NCBI RefSeq assembly: GCF_009914755.1
Contig: NC_060931.1
Length of the DNA stretch: 64,000 nucleotides
Origin: the human T2T-CHM13v2.0 reference genome, Homo sapiens
Strand: one strand, 5' to 3'
Within the stretch, counting starts at the first letter, position 1. Each line of letters opens with the position of its first letter. The translations under genes were made by a program, and so were the position numbers. This document shows positions 24,779 to 44,025 of the stretch, in pieces. The notes below the pieces were generated by a model. That model was not told where the DNA came from. It did no database searches and worked only from the letters and a program-made list of their open reading frames with translations.

Positions 24779-27349
24779 TCATCATTGGTATTCATTGGTG
24801 TTTTCTCAGCATCACTATCCCTTCCCAAATCCCCCCAAAAACCACACACAGAGTGTATGTCTAACCAGGCTTTCTGGCATTAACAAGGCCAGATCTTATG
24901 TTACTCATTGGTATAGTTAAATGTGTATATTCTCTTGTGCTCAAGAAAGGTGGCTGGCAAGGCAGAATTTATAATGAACTACAGATGTCATGTCCTTGAT
25001 TTTTTCTTTTCCCTATGTGGTCCGAATCCCTTAGGAAGATAGGAAAGGGAAGTCTTGAGCTCCTTTTTAGATTCAGGCTGGAAATGCCTACTAAATTCCT
25101 AATAGCTTCCAAGGTGCTGTGCCTTAAGAAGCCTTGGATTCCTGGGGATGAGAGAACAAAAAAGAGGGTGAGGGGGAACCAAAGGGGGCACCAAAGGCCA
25201 AAGACAGACTTCACCCAGGACAAGTCCTGTGTCCAAGGAGTGTGACAAGGCTTTCTGACATGCTTCCAGGAACATTTTGTGTTTATTTGGCATGGCATGT
25301 TTTAGGAAGGAGATGGAAACATCTATTTAGTACTCAACCATGTACCACACACTGTCCTGGGTACTTCAGTTTACATTATCTCATTATTCCTGTGATATAG
25401 GAGATGCTACAGACATTTTCGACAATTCAGAGATATTTCATGACTTGAACAAATGGAGGAGACAGGATTTGAGCCACAGCTGTTCCCATACCCATTTTTT
25501 TTTCCAGTACTTTATTTTAAGAGTCCCACCATTGAGTTTGCTTTTAGAGTCAAAATGCACTCTCTCTGATTTAAAAGTTTTTTATTAAGGGAAAAATTTA
25601 AAAGTCATACTGGGTACATCGTTAGGCATAGGACTCTGAGGTTACCACTTCTGATCCTCAAACATAATCCATGTAGATTATAAAAGGCTGTAACTTGGGG
25701 ACTGGGTCATACGTTTTTTCCCTTATACCATAGACAACCAGGGCTTTGTAAAATACCTCAGAGCATTTTAACTTTGACATCAGTGGTGTGAGGTTATTTT
25801 CATCTCCTTTTTTTCCAATCTCCCTTCCCATTTTCCATCTCAGGTGTGCATTTTCCTTCTTTGTGCCTTTTTATGCTTCCTTGATTCTGCAAAGGTCCCT
25901 TTAGCATGTGGTCAAAGTTCTCTGGGTATCAGAGAAACAGAAAGACCCATCTCAAGCTGTGTGGGCCCAGAATCTTACACAGCTCTCATCAGTGTAGGGC
26001 ACTTGCCCTGACGTGACCTTGAGAGCCAACTCCTTTGCAGGCAGGAGATGGACTCTACGCAGGCTGGCACCAGCAGTGACAATGGGGGCCACCTCTGCAG
26101 CCCCAAGACAACCCCACCTCAGCACTGTGTTTCCATTCACATGGTCTCCCTCTGTGTGCAGCAAGCCTCCTCTTTCACGTTTTTGTACAGCTTCTCTCTT
26201 AAGCACAGTACGCCCCAGCCTGGCCTACGTATTGCCCAGGACCCTCGGGTAATACCTTACTCGTCTTGTGTGTTGTGCACTCTTATTCTTTGTTTTCACC
26301 AGCGTGGCTGCTTTCTGCGGGGTGCACCCTCGGTTTCTGGTACTCCCTGCTCCCTGGTGACCACTTTTGCTGCATACCCACAAAGGCTGGGCTTGGAGTT
26401 CTGACCCCAGTTTTGCCATCACTAGGCAAAATCTATTTCTGGCCTGGCAGGGTGGTTCATGCCTGTAATCCCAGCACTTTGGGAGGCCGAGGCGGGTGGA
26501 TCACCTGAGGCCCGGAGTTTGAGACCAGCATGGCCAACATGATGGGAGGGCGACGGAGGTTGCAGTGAGCCGAAATCACACTGCATTCCAGCCTGGGCGA
26601 CAGAGTGAGACTCCATCTAAAAACAAAAACAAAAACAAAAACAAAAAACCTGTTTCTGATGGTCTCAGAAATGAGAGAGAGAATGAGAGGACCCTAAAGG
26701 AAGGGAGATCAGAGGTAACACATTGATTAAGAATCCTCCTCAGCTAAAATCAGCTACTAAGAATTAGAATGCGTTAGCTTCAACTCTGTTGGTGGCAGAT
26801 CCCCTAAAGTCTTTGAAAGGCTTTGTCATGATTCTTTCAAGATTACAGTATTCTTGCAAATTCATCCCTTTGTGCTTCAGCTGTTGCTGGTTTTAAAGAA
26901 GAGAAACTTTCCTAAGTTAGCATTGGAGTTGGGGGCTTAATGTAAGGATACTGCAGACAACTCAAAGGCAACTGCTTGGAACTGGAAAGTCAAAAACTGA
27001 AGCTGCACTTTCACTCCTCTCCCAAGGCCCAAGTCCTCTAACTCCCCGTCGCTGTTTCTCTGGCTGGGGCTTCTCTACTTGCACATGGTTCAGTGTGGCC
27101 TGCCTGGCCCTGCCTGCACACAGCTTCCCATCCAAGGGCTCATTGCCCTCTGATGCAGTCTTTCAGGCTCCTCCGACCCTCTTTGTACATTTTTGTCTTC
27201 ATCATGCCGAACTCCTCACCTTTCCTCTACTCATCTGGCCACTCTGCTCCATTCCCTTGCTTGTTTCTCTGGTTTCTCTGATTCCTCCAATTGACAGCTC
27301 CTTGGGGCCTGTTCTGAGCCCTCTTCTTTTCTCTATGTTTTCTCCCTAG

Positions 27350-27480
27350 ATCTGTGGTTTTCCAACATTTCTGTGCATAGGAATTATCTGCAAAACTTGT
27401 TAAGGCAGATTTCTGGGTCTCAGTATTCCAATTCAGTAGTTCTAGGATGAGACCTAGGGACTTGTATCTTATTCCTGGGT
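27350..27480. mobile_element. MER5-like hAT-Charlie relic within an L2 region
   Basis: GTGGTTTTCCAAC..TGCATAGGAATTATCTG..CTTGTTAAGGCAGATTTCTGGG..TTCAGTAGTTCTAGGATGAGACCTAGG. Confidence 0.55.
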
Positions 27481-29535
27481 GATCCAGAGGCTATGACACA
27501 CTCAGGACAAGCTGGTTTCATTCTATGACTTTAAGTGTTGTTAATAAACTACTAATTCCCTGGTGTGGATATCTAGCTCTCTTGAGAGCTCCAGGTTTAG
27601 ATATTTAACATTGAATTTGACTGTGGCTTCTTGGGTTTGTCACAGACATTTCATATTAACTTGCCCAATACTTGATCCTCTCCCCAGTTTTGTAAGGGCC
27701 TAACACTTACATAGTTTGGGGTCCTCTGTAAGAAAAGGAACATAGAATTGAGAATACAAAGCGAGATGTGGGAACGTGGTGGTGCACTGTGCAGATTAGG
27801 GCTTGGAAACTTGGCTTCTGTAGCCTTGGGTCACTCCTCCTCGGCTTGCCTACTCACCCCAGCACCGTCTCCTCCAGCCTTCCCCATCTGAATGAAGGCC
27901 TATGCCTTCCATTTGTTTGTTTAGACCAGAAACCTAGGAGCCGTTTCTCATCTTCAGCCCACTTCTGAGCCCTCTGAAGGTCTTGCTTGATTCTCCAATT
28001 CAGTACCCCCTTGCCCCGAATCTCAGGTTGCCATTGTTACTTTCCTATTAGCTTATGATCGAGTCTCTCTGGTTCCACTTTGTTCCCCTCCGATCCAATT
28101 TCCAGAAGCAGACAGAGCAGTCTTTTAAAGTACATCAGAACGTGTCACTCCAGTCCTGCCATGTGTCCATAGAAATGGCTGAGTCTGGTGGCAGGGCCAG
28201 GGGTGTGGGCAGATGGGAGAGGGTCAGGGGGGATTACACCGCACAAGCTTGACTGTCCTGGAACCTTGAAAGAAGTGGGGGTGTGTCTGGGGAGGTATGC
28301 AAGAATTATCAACTGCAGTTGTTTGTTTCAGTCCCACTTTACCACATTTCATTGGAAGAACTTGAGCTGTATAAGGCCTGTGAACACAAATGGGGATGGG
28401 TACTCCCTAATTCTTTGCTTTTCAGTGCATTCCTGTGGCATTTGATGCTAAATAGTGCAATCAAACTGTTTAATTACTTTTGGGGAAGAATCACACATTC
28501 TTTTTTAACCCCGGTGTCATCTTTTAACTCCGGGTTCCTTAATCTCCTTAGAGAGCTGATTAAGCTTGGTGAGAACCCACAGGTCCATGGCCCAGGTAAA
28601 TCCAAAGCCCGGCCCAGGGAAATCCAAAGCCCTGCCCAGGTTTTCTGCGAATTCCCTGGAGGAGGGGGTGGATGGGGGAGGCCTCATGTGCTTTCTTTTT
28701 TACCTTGGTGTCAGCCCCGACACAAACTCAGCCCCTTCCCTCATGGATGGAGAAATCCACCACCACTACTACCATGTGTTTTGTTAGTTGAGTGGACTTC
28801 ACTGGAGTCCCCTGTGGGGCTCCTGATCTTGCATAGTCTCCTGGGTCCCTCTTTCCTCCTCTCATCCCTACCCCTCACTCCATCCCCCTCACTTGTCCGT
28901 GAGCTCCAGTCTTCTTCCTCTGTAACTATGGATACTCCCCAGTTCCTCTCTTCAACTTACAAACCCAAGTCAAAGTACAGGGCAGAACAACGGGCTTTAT
29001 ATGTAGGGAACCAACACTCCTTAGAAGTTATAAATACAAACACACACAAAAGAGTTTTCTATCACACTGTAATTATCTTCCCCTTTCTCACTGATGTAGC
29101 AGCTCTTATTGTAGAGTGGCGTTTGGAAGAGCTGGGGAGAAGATGTGCTCTTCCTGCTGCCCCCGAAGGTCACTGTCTGGATTAGGGGGCAGGCAGTGTT
29201 ACTGTAGCTCTGGGCTCTGGAATCTCACAGCAAACAACTTGGGGTCTCTTCATCAGCTTGTCTGCAGATGATCAGACCCTGAGAAACTGAGCTCTTTCTG
29301 TCTAAACACACAGGAAACTTCCTATGTTGGGAAATCAGCTTAAAGATTTACAACCAGACGCAGACCGGATGCTGCGATTTGCTAGTCACCTTGCTTCACT
29401 AGTGGTTGGGAAACCTTGAAAAACGGTGGCGTCTATTTTGAGGACTTTGCCAAACTGAGTCTGTAGACAGACACATGTCAAATGCCCTTGGATTACAGTC
29501 ATTATTGCCAGCAAGTAAGAGTTTAAGAATAATAA

Positions 29536-29922
<387 letters not shown>

Positions 29923-31747
29923 TAGGCTTCTTAGATCAAGGCCAGGCATTGGACATCCGTGAGTAAATGATCCAACTCTTGCAGGGAGTGGCCACAGTGT
30001 GGCTGAGTTTCAGAGCATTTAGATTTAAAATATTCTGCTCCCTAAACATTATTATCCTATCTGACAAAAAAGATGCTTGAAGAGAATTTTTTTTTTTTTT
30101 TTTTGAGACAGGGTCTTGTTTTGTCACTCAGGCTGGAGTGTAGTGATATGATCATGGCTCACTGCAGCTTCCTGAGCTCAGGTGATCTCTTACCTCAGCC
30201 TCCTGAGTGGCTGAGACTACAGGCACGCACCACCATGCCTGGCTAATGTTTTTGTATTTTTGTAGAGATGGGTTTCGTCATGTTGCCCAGGTCTCGAACT
30301 CCTGGGCTCAAGTGATCCACCCGCCTCAGCCTCCCAAAGCACTGGGATTACAGGCATGAGCCACCGTGCCCAGACAGAAAATTTTTGTAAAGGAACAAAT
30401 GCTCTGTGATCATGAGGAAGGCACCTCAGCATTTTTCATATTGGGGGTCCTGGGAAAGTCTGAGAATGAACAGTGACTGCAGCTGGCACAGTCGGAGCCA
30501 GGCACAGGCCTCCATGCTTGCTCATTTGATCTTTACAGTAGATCATGAAGCAGGCAGTTATCTCCTCTTACAGATGAGAACACTGAAGCACAGAGATGAA
30601 GTAATTTGGGAAAGGGCAGAATGTGAATTCACAACCAGGTGGTCTGGAGTCAAATGCCTCACACTACTTTTACCACTCACTGTGCTCATCCTGCTCACTT
30701 TAGGGGGGCATTCCCCTCTAAACTGCTCCTCAGCAGTGGATCTTCATGACAGAGGCACCGTGAAGGAAAGAGGGTTATTTCCAGTGAGTTGCGATGCTTT
30801 TCCTTTAGAAAAGAGAATTTCTCTCTCTGTTTAAAAGCAGAACATTAAATGTTGAATTTTTTTCTCTCATCTGCATCCCTGTATCCTTTCCTTATCTCAG
30901 CCCCAAGCTGCTCTCCAGACGCCTAAAGACTGTCTCTCCCGTCTGGATGTCCCCAACACCCTAACATGTTCCAGTTTCTTTCTTACCTCTCAAAACAGCC
31001 CCCCTTTTCCAACTTCCCCATTCTGGGAACACCAGTCTTCTTCCAGTCACCCGGCCTGTGAGTCATCCTTGACTCCCTTTTCTCAATCATGCCCTGTGTC
31101 CAAGTTTTTCTTGTTGTTTATTCATTTATTTGTATTCTTTGAGACAGGATCTCACTCTGTCACCCAGACTGGAGTGTAGTGGCACGATCTCAGCTCGCTG
31201 CAACCTCTGCCTCCCAGGCTCAAGCCATCCTCCAACCTCAGCCTCCTGAGTAGCTGGGACTATGGGTGCGTGCCATGAAACCCAGCTAATTTTTGCATTT
31301 TTTTTTGTTTTTGTTCCAGAGATGGGGTTTTGCCATGTTGCCCAGGCTAGCATTCTTTTTTTTTTTTTAATAGTCTTTATTTTTTAGAGCAGTTTTAGAT
31401 TCACAGCAAAAATGAAAGTACAGAGCTTCCCTGCTCCCCATAACCCACCTCTCCCATTATCAACATCAGCACCGTGGGGGTACATTGGTAACAGTTGATG
31501 AACCTGCACTGATACATTATCATCACCCAAAGTGGACAGTCTGTAGTTTACCTTCATCAGTCTTTTGATGAAGCTCATGGCTTGTAATTTCTCTCCCTGG
31601 CAATCCTTCCAACACCCATCCCAGATGAATCACTGCCATCATGTCAAGCTTCCACTTACTCCATCCCTGCCTTCCAACAGGATAGAAGTCCAAATTCCTC
31701 CTTTTGTTCTTCAGGGACTTCCCAATCCTAAAATGCTTACCACAGCC

Positions 31748-32714
31748 TGTGATATTATGATATATATGTTGGTTTTGTCCACAGTTCCTGGCCCATAAAT
31801 CCCATAGCCCTTGTTACAGTGTTTGGGTGTTTTAGGCCTCAGAAGCAGGCCTCAGAAAACAGTACCTCTTGCTGACTTTCTCCTGTTCTCCCTTCAACCT
31901 GCTCCTTTTTCTCCCCAAGGCTAATCTTCCCCTGTGTTTCCATAAAGAAATTCTCAGACTTACCTTGTCTGATTGTAGATCATAAGACCCTCATTTCAGG
32001 AGGGGTTCTGCCCTTTACCCTGGGGGAAGCAATGTTGCACCAAGCGGCCCAGAAGAATCTGAACAGACAGGCCTTTCTGGGTTCCCCACTCAGTCTGTTA
32101 GTATTGGGTCATGTCCTTTTTGTCCAATCATATTTCTGCATGGTTGCCCCTGCTTCAGTCATCCCTGTTCAATGAAGTCTGTGTAAAAGGCCCAAGAGGA
32201 CAGGGTTTGGAGGGCTTCTGGAAGGCTGAACACGTGGAGGTTCCTGGGGGGTGGTGCACCTGGGGAGGTATGGGAGCTCCATACCCATACCTTGTCCTGT
32301 GCGTCTCCATCTGTGTCCTTTGTACTATCCTTTATAATAAACCAGTAATAAGTTTTGTGAGCCGCTCTAGCAAATTAATCAAACCCAAGGAGGAGGTCAT
32401 GGGATCCCCAGTTTATAGCCAGTGAGTCAGAAGCACAGGCGAAACAGCCTGGGGCTTGAGATGGGCACTTTAAGTGGGGGCAGTCATTTGGGTCTGAGCC
32501 TCAACCTCTGGGATCTGATAATGTCCCCAGGTAGGTAGGGTCAGAATTGAACTGGGTTGGAGGACACCCAGCTGGTATCTACTGCAGAATTGATTGCTTG
32601 CTTGTTGGTGGGAAGAAGTCCCCACACACTTGGTCACAGCAATCTTCTATGTTGATCGATTGTCTTTGAGTAAGAGAATTAAAAAAAATGCTTTGAGTTT
32701 GAGTTTCTCAGACA
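31748..32714 (+). mobile_element. MER21-family solo LTR
   Basis: TGTGATATTATGATATATATGTTGGTTTTGTCCACAGTTCCTGG start; GCTCTAGCAAATTAATCAAACCCAAGGAGGAGGTCATGGG; GTCAGAATTGAA..GGACACCCAGCTGGT. Confidence 0.88.
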
Positions 32715-33949
32715 GCTCTTCAGACAAACCCCCTTGTGATATTCTGCCAGCACAGCCCTCCATTCATGGGGGACTGGGCCCCTCACTTCTCCCAAACTCA
32801 TTACTGCCTCTTAATCACCACAGGCTGGTCCTGTTTTCTCTGCCTGTCCTAATGCGAGCATCAAGACCTAGTCAAGCCTTGCCTTCTCCATGAAGCCTCC
32901 CCCTCCATTCTTCCGGTTAGCCCTGCTATCAGTGCAGTTCTTCTGGCACATCACAGTGAGCATTGCGTTAGAAGTGGCCTGTTTCATATCTGAGTCTTGA
33001 CATCTTTAGGTATTAGAACTCAAGGAGTGTTATTTAATCATCCAAAAAAAAAAAAAAATCCCTCACCAGGACCAAACCTGGAACGCTCACCCAGTCGGTT
33101 CTCAGTGATTATGTACTGGACTGACTTGCCACTGTCCTCTGCTTAGCCTTAGGTGGCCCTTCATAGCTAGTGACCCTAACCAGGTCTGCCGAGTGAATGC
33201 ACTGCACTTTTCTCAGTATTACCTCTTTTCGGAAGATAAGTATTACGTCTTTTCAGGTATCCGGCTGTTGGCTTCTCCCGGGTTCATGTATGTGGGAAGA
33301 ACTCTACCCCCAACCTTCATCCCTAAAGCATTTGAGCCGTTAGTAACTCACTTTGGGTTGGTATTTTTCACTCACTGCTGTCTTTTAAGCATTTATTTCT
33401 AAGGGGGATGCTTGGGTGCCCTGTTGGATGTAGGGGTACCTTGTGGTGAGGGTGAGGGCTCCTCTGAGTCTGGCTGCCTGGGCCGCGATCCTGGCTTCTT
33501 CACTTGATCAGCTGCACAGCCTTAGGTGCCTTTTCCTTATTTGCAAAATTGAAGTAATAATGATACCTGGCCTCTGGGGCCCTTACCAGGATTAGATGAG
33601 ATAATACATGTTGCAAGCTTTGCACGGTGTCTGGGACATAGTAAACAATTTTTTTTGGCCTTATTGCTATTTTGGATTTTTAATGGCATAATTTTAACAT
33701 TATTCCCCAGTCTCATCCTCCACAGTCCAGTGGAGTTAGTTTAGGAGGAAAGATAGAAAACAGAGGCCACTTCACTCTGCGTTGTTGCTGGCTAAATGCT
33801 TTCTTTCCTCACAAGACGAATGATTAACCATGAGTGGGCTCACAGGTGGGCTGGCCCGAGAGGCGGGCGACTGTCAACCCATCTTCCCTTCCCAGGTGGT
33901 TGGGCGGCTTAGAAACTTGATGGAGATGCAGAAATGGAGAAAACCAGCT

Positions 33950-34780
33950 GGAACTCATTCAATCAAATTTAATATACTGCATATTTTCTGGGCACTGACA
34001 ATATGCCAGGCACTGTGCTAAGTGCTAAAGTTGTAAAGCATAAATAATTGGGCAAGGTCCCTGCCCTCAAGGGACTTTTCAGAGGACATATAATCCTCAA
34101 GAAAATAGATTAATAGATAAATAATAAATTAATATAGACTGCGACAAAGTCCGAGGAGAAAATGAAAGGATAGAGTTCCTAGGGGAGTCTGCTTTAGTGG
34201 GTGATTAGGGAACCCTCTTTGGGGAGGTGGCCTTTAAACCAAGATCTGAAGCTGGGAAGGAGCCACCTTGGTGAGTTGGGGGTGGGGAGGTGGAAAGGGG
34301 AGAATGTCGAGAGTACAGCAGCACGAGGGGACTGAGGAAGGATCTGGCGAGGAACAATTTTTTTTTTTTTTTGAGACAGAGTCTCGCTCTGTCTCCCAGG
34401 CTGGAGTGCAGTGGCGCCATCTCGGCTCACTGCAAGCTCCGCCTCCTGGGGTTCACGCCATTCTCCTGTCTCAGCCTCCCGAGTAGCTGGAACTACAGGC
34501 GCCTGCCACCACGGCTGGCTAATTTTTTTGTATTTTTAGTAGAGATGGCGTTTCACCGTGTTAGCCAGGATGGTCTCAATCTCCGGACCTCGTGATCCGC
34601 CCACCTCGGCCTCCCAAAGTGCTGGGATTACAGGCGTGAGCCACCGTGCCTGGCCAAGCTGAGGAACTATTAATAGTCTGGTCTCTGTGAAAAGACACCT
34701 GGAGTGTACAGAAGAGCTTGGCTGAGGGGGTGGCCAGGGAACCGAAGGGGCGAGGCTTATAGGGATTGTGTAAGTGCATA
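33950..34780 (-). mobile_element. L2 3' region interrupted by AluY (34358-34655)
   Basis: TATGCCAGGCACTGTGCTAAGTGCT..GTCCCTGCCCTCAAGGGACTT L2 motifs. Confidence 0.7.
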
Positions 34781-35869
34781 CCCCGTTATCTGGGACAGTG
34801 GTTTAACATTTTTAAATTAAATTCTTTTTCTTTTTATTTTTGAGACAGGGTCTCGCTCTGTCGCCCAGGCTGGAATGCAGTGTCAGGATCTCAGCTCAGT
34901 ACAACCTCCGCCTCTCGGGTTCAAGGATTCTCATGCCTTAGCCTCCCAAGTAGCTGGGACTACAGGCTTGCGCCACTAGGCCTGGCTAATTTTTAATATT
35001 TTTAGTAGAGAGGGGGTTTCACTGTATTGCCCAGGCTGGTCTGGAGCCCCTGGGCTCAAGCGATTCTCCCGCCTCGGCCTCCAAAAGTGCCACTGCACCT
35101 GGCCAGTGGCTTAAAATTTTTTTCTATCATTGACATACTTGAGAAGGCATAAGATACTCTTGTAGTGTAGGGCTGTTGCACTGGGGGGAGGGAATTGTCA
35201 GGGTGTGTGGGGTTGAAAAGAGCCCCTGGTGATTTAGACATACCTTGCCTTCCATCTCTTCAAATTGAGAAACACAGCTCTTCACAGAATCCATGGGCAT
35301 CTGGGAACATTTACATCTCTTACTTTTCAATTAAATTTTGAAGGGTTATAGAGGCACACTATAGGAACATGGAATTCTGTCAATTGATGAGAACATTGGC
35401 TCAGCCCTCTGAGGCTGAGTCACTGTTTAATTGGATTACTGTGTGGCCCACTTAAATAAATACTGTTTTGGAATAGAAAAGTTATTTTATTTTGAAATTG
35501 TATGAACAAGACTTTGGAGACATCCTTTAAGATTTTCACGCACGTGGATGTTGCCCTTTTGTTGAGAGAGGCAGTGTCGAGGAGATAAGAGAACAGCTGG
35601 CATTGCATTTGTGTCTGCACCAGGCTCTGTGGCTTTGGGCAGTGATTTAACTTCTCTGGTAAAGTAGGACAAATAAGTCTTGCACTGCCTGCCTCGTCAG
35701 CTGTCATGGAACAGTGCTTTATAAATTACACAATATCAGAAAACAAAAGTTACTTCAAAAAAATTTAGTTTCTGTACATTATGGCCCATAGCACATTATG
35801 GCAAGGATGTAATTCATGACCATGGAACAGAACTTTTCACTGTTCACAGATGACTGGTCTCTAGAAAAA

Positions 35870-37020
<1,151 letters not shown>

Positions 37021-37465
37021 AATCTAGTGGACTCCTGATCTTGTTAGAACCTGTAAACTGATGTCTTTCTTCCCAATGCTGTTGCTTCACTACCTGATGC
37101 ACCTTTTTTGGCTGAGTTTGCTTAACTGAGCTTTTTGTGATTGTTTTGCCAGCATGGGAGGACCTACTATATCTGGGACTCTATGCAAAGAATATTCAGA
37201 GGAATGATATGCCTTTAAAGGCTGCCTGTTAACAAAGGGTTAAATAATTTAGGCATTAGACGAATTGGGGGCCCTGCCAAATGAGTGTGGCTAAAGTCTG
37301 TCCTTTTCCTGAACATTCATGTAAGAAAACCCCACCCCCTGTTTGTCCCCACATTCTCTCTCCTCCTAAGGATCATTGTTCCCTTGTGGCATAATAATTA
37401 AAAAAAAATGTGAAATTGAGCCGTCATCAGACTGGTAATGAAATCCTGAGTGCTGAAGAACCTGA

Positions 37466-37645
<180 letters not shown>

Positions 37646-37899
37646 TAATTTTTGTATTTTTAGTAGAGACGGGGTTTCCCCATGTTGGCCAGGCTGATCT
37701 CGAACTCCTGACCTCAGGTGATCCTCCCACCTCAGTCTCCTTTCAAAGTGCTGGGATTACAGGTGTGAGCCGCCACGCCTGGCCCAAGAACCTGAATTTC
37801 TGACAGGTAACAAATACCATTTTCTTTTTAAAAAAGTTATTCCTTTTTAATCTTGTTAGACTGAAATGGCTTGTCTGTCAATATATTTTCAAAGGGTAG

Positions 37900-38097
<198 letters not shown>

Positions 38098-38451
38098 TGA
38101 ATTTTTAGTAGATGGAGTTTTACCATGTTAGCCAGACTGGCAATATTTTTATATTATGACTAAGTATAATATGGGTCCTGTGTGGCTTGTTTAAAACACA
38201 TTGCTCTGAAACCCTTGGGCTTTTAGTTGTTATATTGACTTGTGAATTTGCTGAGATTTAGCAACTATTTCCGTAGTATATGCAGTTCCCTTTTTTTCTA
38301 GTGGCTTTCAGTTTCATAGTTGAGTATCAAGAATATAGCCTGTGAACTGCATGGGATTCTGCATAAAGTATTTTAAGAAAAAAGAACAGGCCAGGCGTGG
38401 TGGCTCATGCCTGTAATCCCAGCACTTTGGGAGGCTGAGGCGGGCGGATCA

Positions 38452-38708
<257 letters not shown>

Positions 38709-39186
38709 CTAGAAAGCAGATTAAAATAGCAGGAAAAAGAATCAAAATAGAAGCCATATGTAGTGAAAAGAGTCCACCAAAATGAATCAGAAAAGCAATT
38801 TAAACAAAATGTATTAATTGGATTGGTCAGGAGTAAATAATGAATTTGTATGTTTGGGTGCACAGAAAACCCTATAGATGTGATCATAGAAATATTTGTT
38901 TACAAGAGTTGAACCTAGGAAGAAAGGCATTTTTCTAGATAAATATAATGCCATTATCATATCCTGGAAATTTAACTTTATACAGTACATTATCTAATAA
39001 ACAGGGTCACATTAATCTATCCCCATTGTCCCAAAAGTGTCATAGCTTTTTAAAAATCACAAAATATGGCTGGGTGTGGTGGCTCATGCCTGTAATCCCA
39101 GCACTTTGGAAGGCTGAGGTGGGCGGATCACAAGGTCAGGAGATAGAGACCATCCTGGCTAACATGGTGAAACCCCGTCTCTACTA

Positions 39187-39384
<198 letters not shown>

Positions 39385-39644
39385 TTAAAACTGCAAGATA
39401 GCGAATATAATACAAAATGAAGTGAATTTATATTTTCTATTAGAAAAGCAGTTTTAAAGGGGGTGCTTTCTTTTATGTAAATAAAATTGAAGCTGACAAA
39501 TTTGAGATTTTATATTTTTATCAAATTTGTATTTAGAAGGTATCTTTTGCAACTTATTTGCTTAAAATTATACCTAGAGTTGGCTGGGCACGATGGCTCA
39601 CTCCTGTAATCCCAGCACTTTGGGAGGCTGAGGTGGGTGGATCA

Positions 39645-39860
<216 letters not shown>

Positions 39861-40557
39861 TCAAAAAAAAAAAAAAAACAAAAAACCTAGAGTAAAAAAA
39901 ATGGGATCTCATTTCCTTGCAGCAGATGACAACTTTGGATTCTTGGTCTAGCTTAATTAGTAAATTGGCTTAGAATCACATGATTTCAGACCTGACAGCA
40001 ACCCAGGATTTTCCAGAAACCCAAGGTTATGGATGGGAACAATGAATCATTGGTGTGATTACATTATCCTTTAACCGTAATGGGTTTGCCTTGCATTAAG
40101 TAACCAGAGGGAAAGAAAGCACCTGTTCCTTAACTCTTGTGGCATTTCCACACTCATCTTCACTGAGCTTGTGCTAGTGGGGAAAACAAATGACAAACTG
40201 TAGTTCTGTTTTTTGGTTTTAAGCCTAATAATAATAATTAATGGCAGCAATTACTATGTGCTTGTTATGAGCCAGGCTTTAGGCCAGGTGTTTTATACAT
40301 ATTAACTTCTTTGTACTTTGTAATAATTATATAGAATTAGGTTCTGTTGTTGATCACTGTTTTATAGATGAGGATACCGAGGCGCACAGAGGGTAAGCAG
40401 GTGGACCAGGGTCACTTAGCAGGATTTGAGCCCAGGGAGGATGAACACTGGGCAGCCCATGCTTCATCAGTGCAGTGCCCTAAGCTGCTGAGTATTTTTG
40501 GGTGCTTTTTTTCTCCATTTATTCATGCTGTCTGTGCGAATGTGTATGGAAAACTCC

Positions 40558-41866
<1,309 letters not shown>

Positions 41867-42013
41867 CCAATAGCCGTACACTATTTGCCCAGTGATTTTT
41901 TTTTTCCACAGTGTTTGCAGGTATATGTGGTTATTTCTTATAGCTAAGTGTGCAGGGATCCTTGTGCATCCTTTGAGAAAGGCGAGTCTTGCTTTTGTCT
42001 CTCTGGTCTGTGA

Positions 42014-42517
<504 letters not shown>

Positions 42518-43653
42518 TGATTTAATCCTTCTAGTAGCTGTATGAAAGAGTCACTTTTTCTCCACATGAGATCCCTTTTTCTCCAAGAGAATATTGAGGC
42601 TTTCTCGGAGAGGTTAAGTAACTTGTTCAAGGTCACACAGCCATGAGTGGCATAGTTGGGGATTTGAACCGAGATATGAATGACTCCAAACCTGAACTCT
42701 AAACTTTGATGCTGCCTTTCAAGCTAGTTATTGGAGATGATCAAACCCCTGTGTCAGTGGAGGAAGGGAGGTCTGTGTCAAGAGATTTATTGTACTTCTG
42801 TGGTCATAAGAGTGGCTTGTGAACAATGTCATGTCTGAAAAGCATTGGGAAGCTTGTTGAATTTAGATTTATTCACTGAATCAGTAGACGTAGATATTGT
42901 AGCAGTATCTTTCTAGGCTATTATCTCCTCCTTGAGGAACTCTGGTATATAACAACTGAAAATTAAATATGAAATGTTAGGAGTTTATGTTTAAAATAGC
43001 ATTTTTACTTCTTCCTCATTCTTGCCATTTCTGTTCTTCAGTTTCTATGTTAACTGCTTTGCCATTTTCAGGTCAACTACTGTTTGTTGCCTTAAATCTA
43101 TCTGGGAGCTGCTTCAAATCCATTTGGAAGCAAGGGGAGGATACATTATAAATAAATGATATGTTCAGAGATGGGCAGAGTTGGAAAGACATTTCAGTGA
43201 GACGGAAGGCCAGTAAAGCTTTTGTCTATCAGCATCTGATATCATTACAAACATATTGGTCTGGGCTTAGCTTGCTTCTAGACCATCTGGATTTATCTTC
43301 AGCTGAGCTAAACCCAGGAAAAAAGACAAAAAAAACCCATTTGGATTTGCTCTGCAGTTCTTATTTTGTTTTTCTTCTAACGCAAACCCTGCTTCAAAAA
43401 TTAAGTGTTGATTTTGACTGATGATAACAAAACAAAAATACAACCTGATGTGCTAGCTAAGGCGGGGGGGAAATGACAAAAGCCTCAGAGAGCAGGAGCC
43501 AAGTGTTCACTTCTCCAGGACGTTTCCTTCCCTAGTACTGGTTTTTCCTAATTCAGCAAAAGAGGAAGAAAGAAGTGTGGGGCTCTTCTTTATTTTATAT
43601 ATCTATATGTATATATATGTTACTTGTATTTATATATTTGTTTATATTTTTAA

Positions 43654-44025
<372 letters not shown>

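Noticed and set aside
33215-33254. 16-mer AGTATTAC(C/G)TCTTTTC repeated at a 24-bp offset
   Set aside because: A small local slippage duplication with nothing else to support function.
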